A DNA stretch of 32,000 nucleotides from Methanothermobacter marburgensis str. Marburg (GTDB lineage: Archaea; Methanobacteriota; Methanobacteria; Methanobacteriales; Methanothermobacteraceae), in assembly GCF_000145295.1 (NCBI RefSeq), contig NC_014408.1, positions 870,001-902,000 on the forward strand, written 5' to 3'. Within the stretch, counting starts at the first letter, position 1. Each line of letters begins with the position of its first letter. The position numbers and the translations under genes were made by a program. Shown piece after piece: positions 1 to 8,796 of this stretch. A model generated the notes under the pieces. That model was not told where the DNA came from and did no database searches. It worked only from the letters and a program-made list of their open reading frames with translations.

Positions 1-2679
1 TTCAAAGGTTTCAAGTATCCTCTCATATTTTGTGTCGTCCATCTCCCCATCCCGTGCCACTATCCTTATCTCTGCCACTGCATCAACGTCACTGAAGTCC
101 TCGCTGATGGTCCTCTTGATCCTGATGATATTTGACATGTTTTCAAGGGCGGTGGTGAATTCCAGTTCAATCCATTTAATGTGCCCATTCTCATCTTCCA
201 CTAGCTCATCTTCCACTAGCTGCAGTACCTCACCCTCTGTGAAGTCCGGCATATCCTTCCCATCAACCCTTAGCTTACCCTTCTGTATACCCTCATCTAT
301 GACCTCTCTGAGTTTCTCCTTAACGATTTCAGGTTCACACCCCATACCCCTGTACTTCTCCGTATATTCTCTCAGTATCTCAATTGTTGCCATTTTCATC
401 CGGGCCCGTTTTTCAAGTTCACCAACACCTATATCTATGGCATCAGGGGGGCACTCCTCACAGAGTTTTGGATTAACTATTATTTCGGGCGGCTTCAATG
501 AGACACTGCAATCCTCACCGATATGTCTGCACTTTGGGTCGCCTGGGTCGCCTTCCAGTACGCCGAGCCCAAAGAGCCTCCTCTTCACACCCTTCCTTAT
601 TGCTTCCTCCAGTACACTAGGACTCATTATCCTCATGGCACCGGGTGTGGTGTGGAAGCTCCTGAGTATCCTCTCTGTCTCAATATAGTCTTCCTGAAGG
701 TATTTCCTCTCGATTATCACAGGATCCAGGGATTCAAGGAGTTTATCCTCCTCAATGAGCCTGCTTTTTATCTCATAGTCAACCTTCACATCTGCACCGT
801 AGCTTGCCATCCCAAGGTCTATCCTTTCAAGTCCTGAACGTGAGGGTACAAATACCATCCTGTAAAGGTTCCTTATACTCTCCCTGTCCTCAGCTGAGAC
901 TGACTTTATCTTCTCCCTCACCTCCCTTTTCTGTTCATCTGTAAGGGAGAGTTGCCTGTCTGATTCAACAGCCATCCAGGCAAGTTTTGTCTTTATGTGT
1001 TCAACAAGCTGGTACCTGTGTGTATCATCCGCCTTGAGGAATATCAGGGTATTCTTGTAGACCCTGGGCTTTTCGCCCTTAAACTCAAGGAAACCAGTAC
1101 AGTCATCGGCGTCCTCAAGTACTATGAGCTTGAGTTTCATGTCATCAGGGACATCGGAGGCGGAAGATGGCCAGATGTAGACACTGAAAATCTTCTTACC
1201 TGTTATCTCGCCGAGAAGGCGCCTCTCCTCATCCCTGACATCCTCATCCCTTATGTTCTCCTTCTTCCTGAGGACTATGGCGTTGAGGTTGGCCTCAGCA
1301 GAGAAGTAGTAGAGGTCCACCTGCTTGTGTATGTAGAATAGCCTCTCAATCATCATGTTGAGGGCCCCGTCTATGATGGACATGGGGATCTCAGACTCCA
1401 GGCAGGCCATCTTTATATCCCTTATGGTTGCACCGTCCCTTACCCCTCCCCCTGAGAATGAGTACAGGAATATTGATCTCGCTATCCTTGTGCCTATCAT
1501 GTAGGGCTCGTACCCCCTGAGTTCCCTGTCAATGATCCTGGCACCTGCATCGGGGGATGTTATATCGGCGGCTATGATGCTATCAAAATTGTTACCTGTG
1601 AACCTCAGGAACTCCCTTTTGAGGTTACCTGACTCCAGTGGAAAGTCTGATAGCCTTATAACTGGTGTGCTGGATGATATGAGCCGGTTCACCACCATGG
1701 CAAGTAGTCTCAGCACACCCCTTGTCCTCTGGAAGTTTGGGAACGAACCCCATCTCTCATAGAGGACGTCTATAACCTCTGGCTGGAAGGGGTAGCTCTT
1801 CCTGAATACCTCACGATAGTCGGCTGCGTTCATACCCTCAGGGAGGATGCCCTCAGATTCTGCCTTTTCAGTGAACTCCGCTATAACATCAATGGCCGCT
1901 GATTCATCCACCCTCTTAAACAGCCTCTTCCTTATGACAGAGTAGATCTCGTCGTCCTCGACGGGTGTGAAGATCTTCTCTGTCCTCCCCAGAACCTTTG
2001 TGAGCTGATGGAAGAGTTTCTCTGCGGCTTCATCATAGTGTTCAAGGGAACTTGATGGGAGTGTCACCACCAGTGAAACTCTCTCGAGGGCTGATGCTGC
2101 CTGGCTTAGCTCCTGCATGAATGCCAGGAGCTGGCCTGCAAGTGTGGACTCCCCAACAGTCACACCGCTTGCCTTCACCGCGTACTCGAGGAGTTCATCC
2201 ATGAGTATCAGCACCGGCTGCTTCTCTCGGAGGAGCCCCATGATCTTATCCATACCCGGGGAGGTCATCCCTGAGAATTCCCTTACCTCCCCACGGAGCT
2301 GCCTCTCCATTTCAGCCCAGAGTGTTGTTTCACTGGCGTCCAGGGCGTCGCCTGAGAGCACAACTCTGGAAGCCCCTATATCACCTGCCCTGTGGTAGAG
2401 GGATATGAGGGTATGGGTTTTACCCCCACCGAAGGGTGTCTGGAGCTGTATCACAGGGTCGCCGCCCCTGCCCTCGAGTCTGTCACCAACGATATCCATT
2501 ATGTTCCTGAGTCCACGGGTCATGTAGGTTTTCCTGAAGAAGACATCAGGGTCCTGGTACTCTGCTGGTGCCTCCCCCTTGTGGACACTCCACAGGTTGG
2601 CTGCGAAGACGTCCAGTGAGAGCCTTTCCCCCATTATGTCCTCATGTGGCTCAGCAATGTTTACAAATGGCCTCATCAT
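1..2679 (-). CDS. DUF499-type P-loop ATPase (BrxC/PglY-like). The first 893 codons are in the window; the 3' end lies beyond the left edge.
   Basis: The gene is absent from the ORF track because it has no stop codon inside the window. The reverse strand is open from ATGATG at 2679 (SD TGGAGGAGG at 2682-2690) down to position 1, spot-checked at both ends. My translation gives MMRPFVNIAEPHEDIMGERLSLDVFAANLWSVHKGEAPAEYQDPDVFFRKTYMTRGLRNIMDIVGDRLEGRGGDPVIQLQTPFGGGKTHTLISLYH. Walker A is FGGGKTH (about 2410-2433), followed by a Walker-B-like VLILMDELLEY. The Ser-rich plus-strand ORFs over this span look like antisense shadows. Confidence 0.75.
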   Translation of the reverse strand, partial: MMRPFVNIAEPHEDIMGERLSLDVFAANLWSVHKGEAPAEYQDPDVFFRKTYMTRGLRNIMDIVGDRLEGRGGDPVIQLQTPFGGGKTHTLISLYHRAGDIGASRVVLSGDALDASETTLWAEMERQLRGEVREFSGMTSPGMDKIMGLLREKQPVLILMDELLEYAVKASGVTVGESTLAGQLLAFMQELSQAASALERVSLVVTLPSSSLEHYDEAAEKLFHQLTKVLGRTEKIFTPVEDDEIYSVIRKRLFKRVDESAAIDVIAEFTEKAESEGILPEGMNAADYREVFRKSYPFQPEVIDVLYERWGSFPNFQRTRGVLRLLAMVVNRLISSSTPVIRLSDFPLESGNLKREFLRFTGNNFDSIIAADITSPDAGARIIDRELRGYEPYMIGTRIARSIFLYSFSGGGVRDGATIRDIKMACLESEIPMSIIDGALNMMIERLFYIHKQVDLYYFSAEANLNAIVLRKKENIRDEDVRDEERRLLGEITGKKIFSVYIWPSSASDVPDDMKLKLIVLEDADDCTGFLEFKGEKPRVYKNTLIFLKADDTHRYQLVEHIKTKLAWMAVESDRQLSLTDEQKREVREKIKSVSAEDRESIRNLYRMVFVPSRSGLERIDLGMASYGADVKVDYEIKSRLIEEDKLLESLDPVIIERKYLQEDYIETERILRSFHTTPGAMRIMSPSVLEEAIRKGVKRRLFGLGVLEGDPGDPKCRHIGEDCSVSLKPPEIIVNPKLCEECPPDAIDIGVGELEKRARMKMATIEILREYTEKYRGMGCEPEIVKEKLREVIDEGIQKGKLRVDGKDMPDFTEGEVLQLVEDELVEDENGHIKWIELEFTTALENMSNIIRIKRTISEDFSDVDAVAEIRIVARDGEMDDTKYERILETFE

Positions 2680-2692
2680 AACCTCCTCCAGT

Positions 2693-5353
2693 TCATTTAT
2701 AATCCTTCAGTGTTTTCTGTCTTGTTTTCTCCTTGAGGCTCTTCATCATGGTCTCCCTGTTCACAATTAAACCCTCAAGCCACTGCTTTTCCATGCAGTT
2801 TGGCAGGAACTCTATTATTGCCTGGGCGACACGGTAGAAGCTTTCACTTGTACCGTAACCTGTCTCTAGGAGAAGTTTCTCAAGTTCTTCCTTTCTGCCC
2901 TCACTCCATAACCTGGCTGCAAGGTGAAGGGCGTCTATGAGTTCTGTGGTGTCATGGTCCTCACCCCTTTTATCAGGTCCTAGGACTGTGACCTTACCCC
3001 TCTGTATCCTTATGAAGCCTGCCCGGCTGGTGTTGAGGTCTATGCCAAGGCTACCAGCCAGTTTCCTTGCCTCATCGAATTCCACTTTGGAGTTCTCGAA
3101 GTTCCACCTGTAGAAGAGGTAGAACCTTGTGAGGGGTGATAGTTCATCTGCAAACCCATTATCCAGGATCCTCCTTATGGCGAAGTCGGCCGCGACACTC
3201 CTTATATCATCCAGGAGCCTGGAGCCCCTGACCTCCTCGCCATTGTATTTGAGGATCTCACTGTACTTCCCTATAACCTCCAGGCCGGCGCCTATGGCTG
3301 CTATGAAGAAGTCAGGGCCGCTTATACCCTCCTCCCAGAGGTACTCCAGCTTCTCACCGAGGACCTCCTTCAGTTCGGCCTGGACCTCCTCATAGTAGCC
3401 CGTTTTCTTCTCAAAGTCCGGTTTACGCGCCACGATGTAAATGGATGATGCAAGGGCTGCTGATTTCTGGGCGCGCATACGGGCCCTCATCTCGGTGAAT
3501 ATAGGCCATGAAGCCGTTACTATCAACCCGGAGTCCAGGAGGGAGTTTATAACGGTCTCCCAGCCGTGGGTGGTCTTATGGGCGTATACTATGTTTGCAA
3601 TACCTCCCGGTCTGAGTACACGGTGAATTTCCCTGAAGGAGTCCCTCAGCATTGATTCAAACTCCTCACTTGCCTCATCCATACTCTTATCATTGGTGTA
3701 GGCAACCATTTCACCCCGCTTGGGGGTGAGGGGTGTTATGAAGAGGTCAGGGTAGAGGTCACCGATGGCCCTCTTAAGCCACACGTAAAAGAAATCTGAT
3801 AGGTAAGAGTATGGGACATTATCATAGTATGGTGGATCAGTGAAAACAGCATCAAAATACTCATCATCAAACGGAAGGGAAGTTGCGGAACCTTGAACAA
3901 CCTTGGGGGTATTCTCATTTTTATTGAGTTTACTCAAGTGCTCTAATGGTCTAAGTATCTGTCTTTTCATACTATACCATGTCCCTGAAAGGATTGGTGA
4001 AAATGGATTTAGCTCTGAATAATCAAAAGACATTGGCAAAGCTTGCCTTGCGAATGTGTTAGGTATAAACTCCCACTGAGGATGCCATCTACACAAATTA
4101 GTAGTAAAATCACTCATTCTACTAACCACTAAAGTTATATAAGACACTAAAGCTTTTGCATAACCTTCATCATATCCTTCATCAAGCATCAAATGGTGTG
4201 CCTGACGGATTTTCTCGGTGAATGTTATGAGTGCAAGTTTTTGTCTTGAATTGAAAAGATCACCCCAGGTGTTAAGGCCATAATTTCTAACAGAAAATGC
4301 TCTTTCAGCCCCACTACCCTTCCCCCGGGGTGTTGGCTCATCTGGGACCGGGTCTATTCCCCACCGGTCCATGAGTTCATCTCTTTTCTTTTCCAGGTAT
4401 CCATTGGCTTCCATGTAGGCTTCCAGATCCTTTTCTGTCGCGAGGCGGTAGGTTTTGCCACGGCGCCTTGGGTGTGTGAGTACCACGGCTATGAGCCTCT
4501 CCCCGGCCTTTCCCTCCTGAAAGAGTCTGCGGGTGTCAGGGGCGGGTATGGTTGAACCGCAGACCGGGCATGTCACGATGGCACTTGAGATGGTTCCCCT
4601 TGAGGGGTCAAAGTCAGGGTCCTCCACGATTTCAAAGTCAACACCAGCACTGGACACCACTGGTTTAAGGGCTATCTGTCTGTTCTTTTTCTTAGCAAGC
4701 CAGTACTGTCTCATGAGAGGTACCTCCACTCCACAGTCAGGGTTCTGGCAGGGGAGTGTCCTGGCCCATATATATGCTGCGGGTACTGAACCATCCTCAT
4801 CAGGTGGATAGAAGCGTGAGAGCTCCTCCTCAGCCTCCTCACGGACCCATTCACCCCACCTCTTAACATCCCTCAGGAGTGGTGGTTCACTGTCAGCCCA
4901 GGACTCATCAACCCCATACTTCTGGGGGTACTCAAGGGTGCACTTCTGTATCAGGACAGCCACCGGGTTGAGGTCCATACTGTAGGTTTCACACCCCAGA
5001 CGGAGGGCCTCAAGTGGTATGCTGCCACCACCACCGAAGGGGTCCAGGACACGTGGTGGGCGACCATGGTACTCCCTTATATCCCTCCGGGCCCTTTCAA
5101 TCATCCCCTGATTCAGGCTGTTTTCCCATAGGCTCAGATCCTCGATGAACCTCTTAACCTTAACCTCCTCCAGGTCATCATCGGCGACCGGGATCAGGCT
5201 GGCGTAGATGGTGGCCCGGCTGCTTGCAAGGGGCCTCCTTGCCCACCAGATGTGCAGTGTTGATATGTGGCCGTGCCTGATGTTCTTTTCCCGGGCAGAA
5301 TTCTCACTCACCTTTGAAACTGGGAACGTCCTCTCAATGAATCTCTCATCCAT
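2693..5353 (-). CDS. DNA methyltransferase with a DUF1156-type N-terminus and an internal Zn-ribbon (N6-adenine/N4-cytosine class, DPPY motif)
   Basis: An 886-aa ORF. The N-terminus reads FPV...HIWWARRPL. SAM motif I is VLDPFGGGGSIPLEA, the Zn-ribbon is CQNPDCG...CPVCGS, and catalytic motif IV is FTDPPYYDNVPY. The ATG at 5353 follows a GGAGGAA that lies within the last codons of the upstream helicase gene, 3 nt after that gene's stop. Confidence 0.85.
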   Translation of the reverse strand: MDERFIERTFPVSKVSENSAREKNIRHGHISTLHIWWARRPLASSRATIYASLIPVADDDLEEVKVKRFIEDLSLWENSLNQGMIERARRDIREYHGRPPRVLDPFGGGGSIPLEALRLGCETYSMDLNPVAVLIQKCTLEYPQKYGVDESWADSEPPLLRDVKRWGEWVREEAEEELSRFYPPDEDGSVPAAYIWARTLPCQNPDCGVEVPLMRQYWLAKKKNRQIALKPVVSSAGVDFEIVEDPDFDPSRGTISSAIVTCPVCGSTIPAPDTRRLFQEGKAGERLIAVVLTHPRRRGKTYRLATEKDLEAYMEANGYLEKKRDELMDRWGIDPVPDEPTPRGKGSGAERAFSVRNYGLNTWGDLFNSRQKLALITFTEKIRQAHHLMLDEGYDEGYAKALVSYITLVVSRMSDFTTNLCRWHPQWEFIPNTFARQALPMSFDYSELNPFSPILSGTWYSMKRQILRPLEHLSKLNKNENTPKVVQGSATSLPFDDEYFDAVFTDPPYYDNVPYSYLSDFFYVWLKRAIGDLYPDLFITPLTPKRGEMVAYTNDKSMDEASEEFESMLRDSFREIHRVLRPGGIANIVYAHKTTHGWETVINSLLDSGLIVTASWPIFTEMRARMRAQKSAALASSIYIVARKPDFEKKTGYYEEVQAELKEVLGEKLEYLWEEGISGPDFFIAAIGAGLEVIGKYSEILKYNGEEVRGSRLLDDIRSVAADFAIRRILDNGFADELSPLTRFYLFYRWNFENSKVEFDEARKLAGSLGIDLNTSRAGFIRIQRGKVTVLGPDKRGEDHDTTELIDALHLAARLWSEGRKEELEKLLLETGYGTSESFYRVAQAIIEFLPNCMEKQWLEGLIVNRETMMKSLKEKTRQKTLKDYK

Positions 5354-5356
5354 GAA

Positions 5357-7681
5357 TTATTCCTCCATTCTCCTTATCTGTTCAGCGGGTACAATGTACC
5401 TTACCTCCTCTCTCCTGAGGGGTTCAAGGTTACTGTATGGGTCCTGTATCACTGTGAGTTCCGGATCGGTGCCGGCATTGTAGACCACGTACAGCCAGTA
5501 GTTCTCCCTGAACCTCCGGGCCTTGAGCCATTCATTCTGTGTCAGTTCAACATTATCCCTTCCTCTCCTTGCCTTGACCTCAATGTATCTGATCTCTGAA
5601 TCAGAGATTGATCTGACATCGAATCCAAGGTTCTCCCCTGATACGTCCTCGGGGATCCTTCCGTGTCTCCTCTCATGTTCCATTGTAATCTTCATGCCTA
5701 TCATCTCTATGTCCTCTCTCCCCGGTATCTCAGGGGCTTCCACGTGTATAACTCCGAGGAGTTCTGGTGGTGAGGCTGTGAGGGTCTCCTCCATCTCCAT
5801 CTCCCTTTCAAGTTCCCTCATTCTCTCCTTGTATTCCTCGAGTCTTTCCTCCTCGTTTCTTATGGCTATGCCCATGTCCTCCCCCTGGTCGAGGCGATCG
5901 TAGTATTCAAGGAGTTTTTCCTGTGATGTGTCTATGAGGTATTTTATGGATCTCAGGCCGTACTTCCTCTTTATACCTGTTTTCCTCTTCCTTTCATCCT
6001 TGAGTTTATCCATGTACCTCATCACGGATTCGGTTGCGGCTGCGGTGACCCCTTCCTCATTTATTTCATCAACAACGGGGTGTCTGTCGGGTACGAGGTC
6101 CCAGAGGATCATGGGGCTTACCTCCACAACCTCTTCGCCGTTATCGTATAGGGCGAATACCCTTTCACCTGCACTTTCGTTCCTTCCATCTGTGACTCTG
6201 CCCCTGTAGAACCACACCGTCCCCCTGTACCTGCCGGAGGGATCCCTGAAGGTCGAACCCCTCAGGAGCGAGTCTCCAAACCTCTTACCTGTGTACCTTA
6301 TGGTGGCCTCAAGGAGGGGGTGGCCGAAGGATATGAACTCTCCTTCATCTACTCCGGGGTTGAAGGTGAGGTTCCTGTATTCCTTCCTGAGTGCCCCGTA
6401 CCGCCTTCTGAGTTCATCGTCCCAGAGGCGAAGGAGTTGCCTGGGTGTTCTGAGGGTGTACATTCCATTCCTTTCAGTGTATTTCCACCCCATCTTTTTG
6501 AACACTGCTCTGAAGAATTCCTCCACATACTCTGGTGCAAGTTTTCTCTCCTTTATTATGCGCTGTATATCCTTCATCCGGGTGTAGTCCACTTCAACTG
6601 CCAGCTGTTCATCCATTATCCTCTTAAGTATATCCTCCTGTGGCTTGAGGAGTTCTTCTATCTCCTCATCCCTGATTTCTCCCCGGAGGGTCATCTCTAT
6701 TATCCTTGATATGTCGCGTTCGGTGTATATCTCACCGATTACATCGTAGACCTTATCCGATCCTATGTCCTGTCTGATGCTGTCCAGTTTCTCAAGGAGC
6801 CTCCTCATTACGAGGCCCTCACGGGTGTTACCGGCCACGAGATTGTATATGTGTACATCCCTTCTCTGCTTGTACCTGTGTATCCTCCCCATCCTCTGCT
6901 CAAGGCGGTTGGGGTTCCATGGGATGTCATAGTTGACCATTATATGGCAGAACTGCAGGTTTATGCCCTCACCCGCGGCCTCGGTTGCAACCATGACCTG
7001 TTTGTTTCTGCGGAAATCATCCTCTGCTGCTATGCGTTCATCCATGCTCATCCCGCCGTGTATGGTGCATACGCTGTATCCCCATGACTCTATCTTTTCG
7101 AGAAGGTAATCGACGGTGTCCTTTGATTCACTGAATATGAGGATCTTCTCATGGCCTATCTCCTCAAGGATCTTTTGAAGCTCCATTAGCTTGGTCTCGG
7201 ATCCGGATTTGAGGAGTCTCTCTGCATCCTCTATCAGTCCTTCGAGTGTCGAAACCTCGGCTTTAAGTTCAGGGATGGAGTCCGCCAGTGTGCTGCCCTC
7301 GAGGGAGCTTTCGATCTCCCATATCCTCCTCTCCTCAAGGTCGCTGTAGTCAACCGACGGCAGGTCGCTGTAGTCGCCAGACACCTCTCTCATGGATAGT
7401 GATTCAATGTTCTCCATGAGCTGGATGCACCTGTCCCTCTTCCTCATGAGGGACCTCATCACCGCGTATATGCTTGAGGCCATCCTCCTCTGCAGGAGCA
7501 TCATGGCGAATGCATGGGCCCTCCTATCAGTTGCGATGGCCCTGTTGTATTGCTCTGTTATGTAGCGTGAGATCTCATTGTAGAGTTCCATCTCGGCGTC
7601 ACTGAGGTTGAAGCTGTGGGTGTGTGTATATCTCCTGGGGAATATGGGTTTCCCATCGAAGTCCCTGAGTTCCTCCTTCAC
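5357..7681 (-). CDS. SNF2-family helicase, C-terminal fragment: helicase-C lobe, long coiled region and a C-terminal PD-(D/E)xK (DUF3883-like) nuclease-type domain
   Basis: A 774-aa ORF. Helicase motifs are MVATEAAGEGINLQ (motif V) and RMGRIHRYKQ (motif VI). The C-terminus reads GFDVRS...IRYIEVKARRG...WLYVVY, giving a D...EVK signature. The reading frame stays open upstream of the nominal GTG start and continues the helicase sequence (RFLLKPELIQEARRNRDNPLFIRRVKEELRDF). Confidence 0.8.
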   Translation of the reverse strand: MKEELRDFDGKPIFPRRYTHTHSFNLSDAEMELYNEISRYITEQYNRAIATDRRAHAFAMMLLQRRMASSIYAVMRSLMRKRDRCIQLMENIESLSMREVSGDYSDLPSVDYSDLEERRIWEIESSLEGSTLADSIPELKAEVSTLEGLIEDAERLLKSGSETKLMELQKILEEIGHEKILIFSESKDTVDYLLEKIESWGYSVCTIHGGMSMDERIAAEDDFRRNKQVMVATEAAGEGINLQFCHIMVNYDIPWNPNRLEQRMGRIHRYKQRRDVHIYNLVAGNTREGLVMRRLLEKLDSIRQDIGSDKVYDVIGEIYTERDISRIIEMTLRGEIRDEEIEELLKPQEDILKRIMDEQLAVEVDYTRMKDIQRIIKERKLAPEYVEEFFRAVFKKMGWKYTERNGMYTLRTPRQLLRLWDDELRRRYGALRKEYRNLTFNPGVDEGEFISFGHPLLEATIRYTGKRFGDSLLRGSTFRDPSGRYRGTVWFYRGRVTDGRNESAGERVFALYDNGEEVVEVSPMILWDLVPDRHPVVDEINEEGVTAAATESVMRYMDKLKDERKRKTGIKRKYGLRSIKYLIDTSQEKLLEYYDRLDQGEDMGIAIRNEEERLEEYKERMRELEREMEMEETLTASPPELLGVIHVEAPEIPGREDIEMIGMKITMEHERRHGRIPEDVSGENLGFDVRSISDSEIRYIEVKARRGRDNVELTQNEWLKARRFRENYWLYVVYNAGTDPELTVIQDPYSNLEPLRREEVRYIVPAEQIRRMEE

Positions 7682-7686
7682 CCTTC

Positions 7687-8571
7687 TTATGAAGAGTGGG
7701 TTATCCCTGTTCCTCCTCGCCTCCTGTATGAGTTCAGGTTTGAGAAGAAACCTGGTCTGAGGAGGTCCAGGAGGAGGCGGAATGCGTCGGGGTCCCCGCT
7801 GTGTGGAGTTGCGGTGAGGAGCAGCATATGGTCTGATGTCCTGGAGAGTATCTGCCCCAGTCTGTACCTCCTTGTCATGTCCTTCTTGTTCTCCGACCTG
7901 ATCCGTGCACTCATCTTGTGTGCCTCGTCAACCACTACGAGGTCCCACCTTGTTGATGAGAGGGATGACATTACATCTTCCTGTTTTGCGAAGTCAATGG
8001 AGGTTATGTAGCTGTTCTCAACCATCCATGGGTTTTCACCCTGCCTTGAACTCATATAGGGGCGGTCCATGATCACGAAGTTCTCCTGGAATTTATCCTT
8101 CATTTCACGCTGCCACTGGGCCTTGAGGTGTCCCGGTGTTACTATGAGGACCCTGCTGGCGACTCCCCTTAACTTCAGTTCCTTTATGATCATCCCCGCC
8201 ATTATGGTTTTACCGGCGCCGGGGTCATCGGCTATCATGAACCTCATATGGGGCATCCTTAGGGCGTAGCCGTATACTGCCTCAAGCTGAAAGGGCAGGG
8301 GGTCTATGCGGGATGTGTTCATTGCGAGGTAGCTGTCAAAGAGTGATGCGTTCCTGAGGCGGTAGGACTCGATGCCCATGAAGAATTCATGTGGTTCAGC
8401 CCCGAAATCCGTGGTCCTCATCACCTCAACCCGTTCAAGGTCCTCCCTGGTGAGTATGCTGTTTACAGTGGAGTTGGTATCCACTGTGGTCCCGAAGATT
8501 ATTATATTCTCTCCGCTCTTCTTGGAGTTAAGGACCCTGACCGGTTCCGGCCAGAATGGGCCCCTTATCAC
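7687..8571 (-). CDS. SNF2-family helicase, N-terminal fragment (motifs I-III)
   Basis: A 294-aa ORF with a GTG start at 8571, 5 nt after GAGGAGGGA. Motif I is ADDPGAGKT, motif II is VVVDEAHKM (DEAH), and motif III is LLLTATPHSGDPDAF. It ends in an out-of-frame tail (SNLNSYRRRGGTGITHSS*). Confidence 0.8.
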   Translation of the reverse strand: MIRGPFWPEPVRVLNSKKSGENIIIFGTTVDTNSTVNSILTREDLERVEVMRTTDFGAEPHEFFMGIESYRLRNASLFDSYLAMNTSRIDPLPFQLEAVYGYALRMPHMRFMIADDPGAGKTIMAGMIIKELKLRGVASRVLIVTPGHLKAQWQREMKDKFQENFVIMDRPYMSSRQGENPWMVENSYITSIDFAKQEDVMSSLSSTRWDLVVVDEAHKMSARIRSENKKDMTRRYRLGQILSRTSDHMLLLTATPHSGDPDAFRLLLDLLRPGFFSNLNSYRRRGGTGITHSS

Positions 8572-8796
8572 GCATCCCTCCTCTATCAGACGACCACCCC
8601 TGTAAATGTAATTTCTTAATGCATTATGTTTAAGCTTAGATTGTCCAATTTTTTCATTTATTCTATTAATCTATAAAGGTTTCCATTTTTGGTTCCCCCC
8701 ATCAAATAAGGCTGTCTTAAAATGGATCTGATGAACTGACGGTTGATGGGAACTGCATCAACAACTATTAAGGTTGTCTTACATTAATTATAATCC

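Larger units (their letters stand above)
5357..8571 (-). pseudogene. A single helicase-nuclease gene interrupted by a frameshift (the two fragments above)
   Basis: The two ORFs are contiguous halves of one SNF2 helicase but lie in different frames (8571 mod 3 = 0, 7681 mod 3 = 1). Adding one nucleotide near 7739-7741 (TCA AAC CTG becoming TCA AAA CCT G on the coding strand) restores ...LLRPGFFSKPELIQEARRNRDNPLFIRRVKEELRDFDGKP. Confidence 0.6.

Noticed and set aside
32-2770. A series of plus-strand ORFs (32-688, 523-837, 997-1341, 1532-1762, 2117-2398, 2392-2619, 2579-2770), several of them very Ser/Pro/Leu-rich
   Set aside because: They lie antisense to a continuous minus-strand reading frame with clear Walker A/B ATPase motifs. 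Their low-complexity composition is typical of shadow ORFs opposite a real gene.
7687-7760. Programmed -1 ribosomal frameshifting as the explanation for the split helicase
   Set aside because: There is no X XXY YYZ slippery heptamer in the zero frame around the shift window (CCA GGT TTC TTC TCA AAC CTG) and no obvious downstream pseudoknot. A 1-nt deletion or a sequencing error is the simpler explanation.
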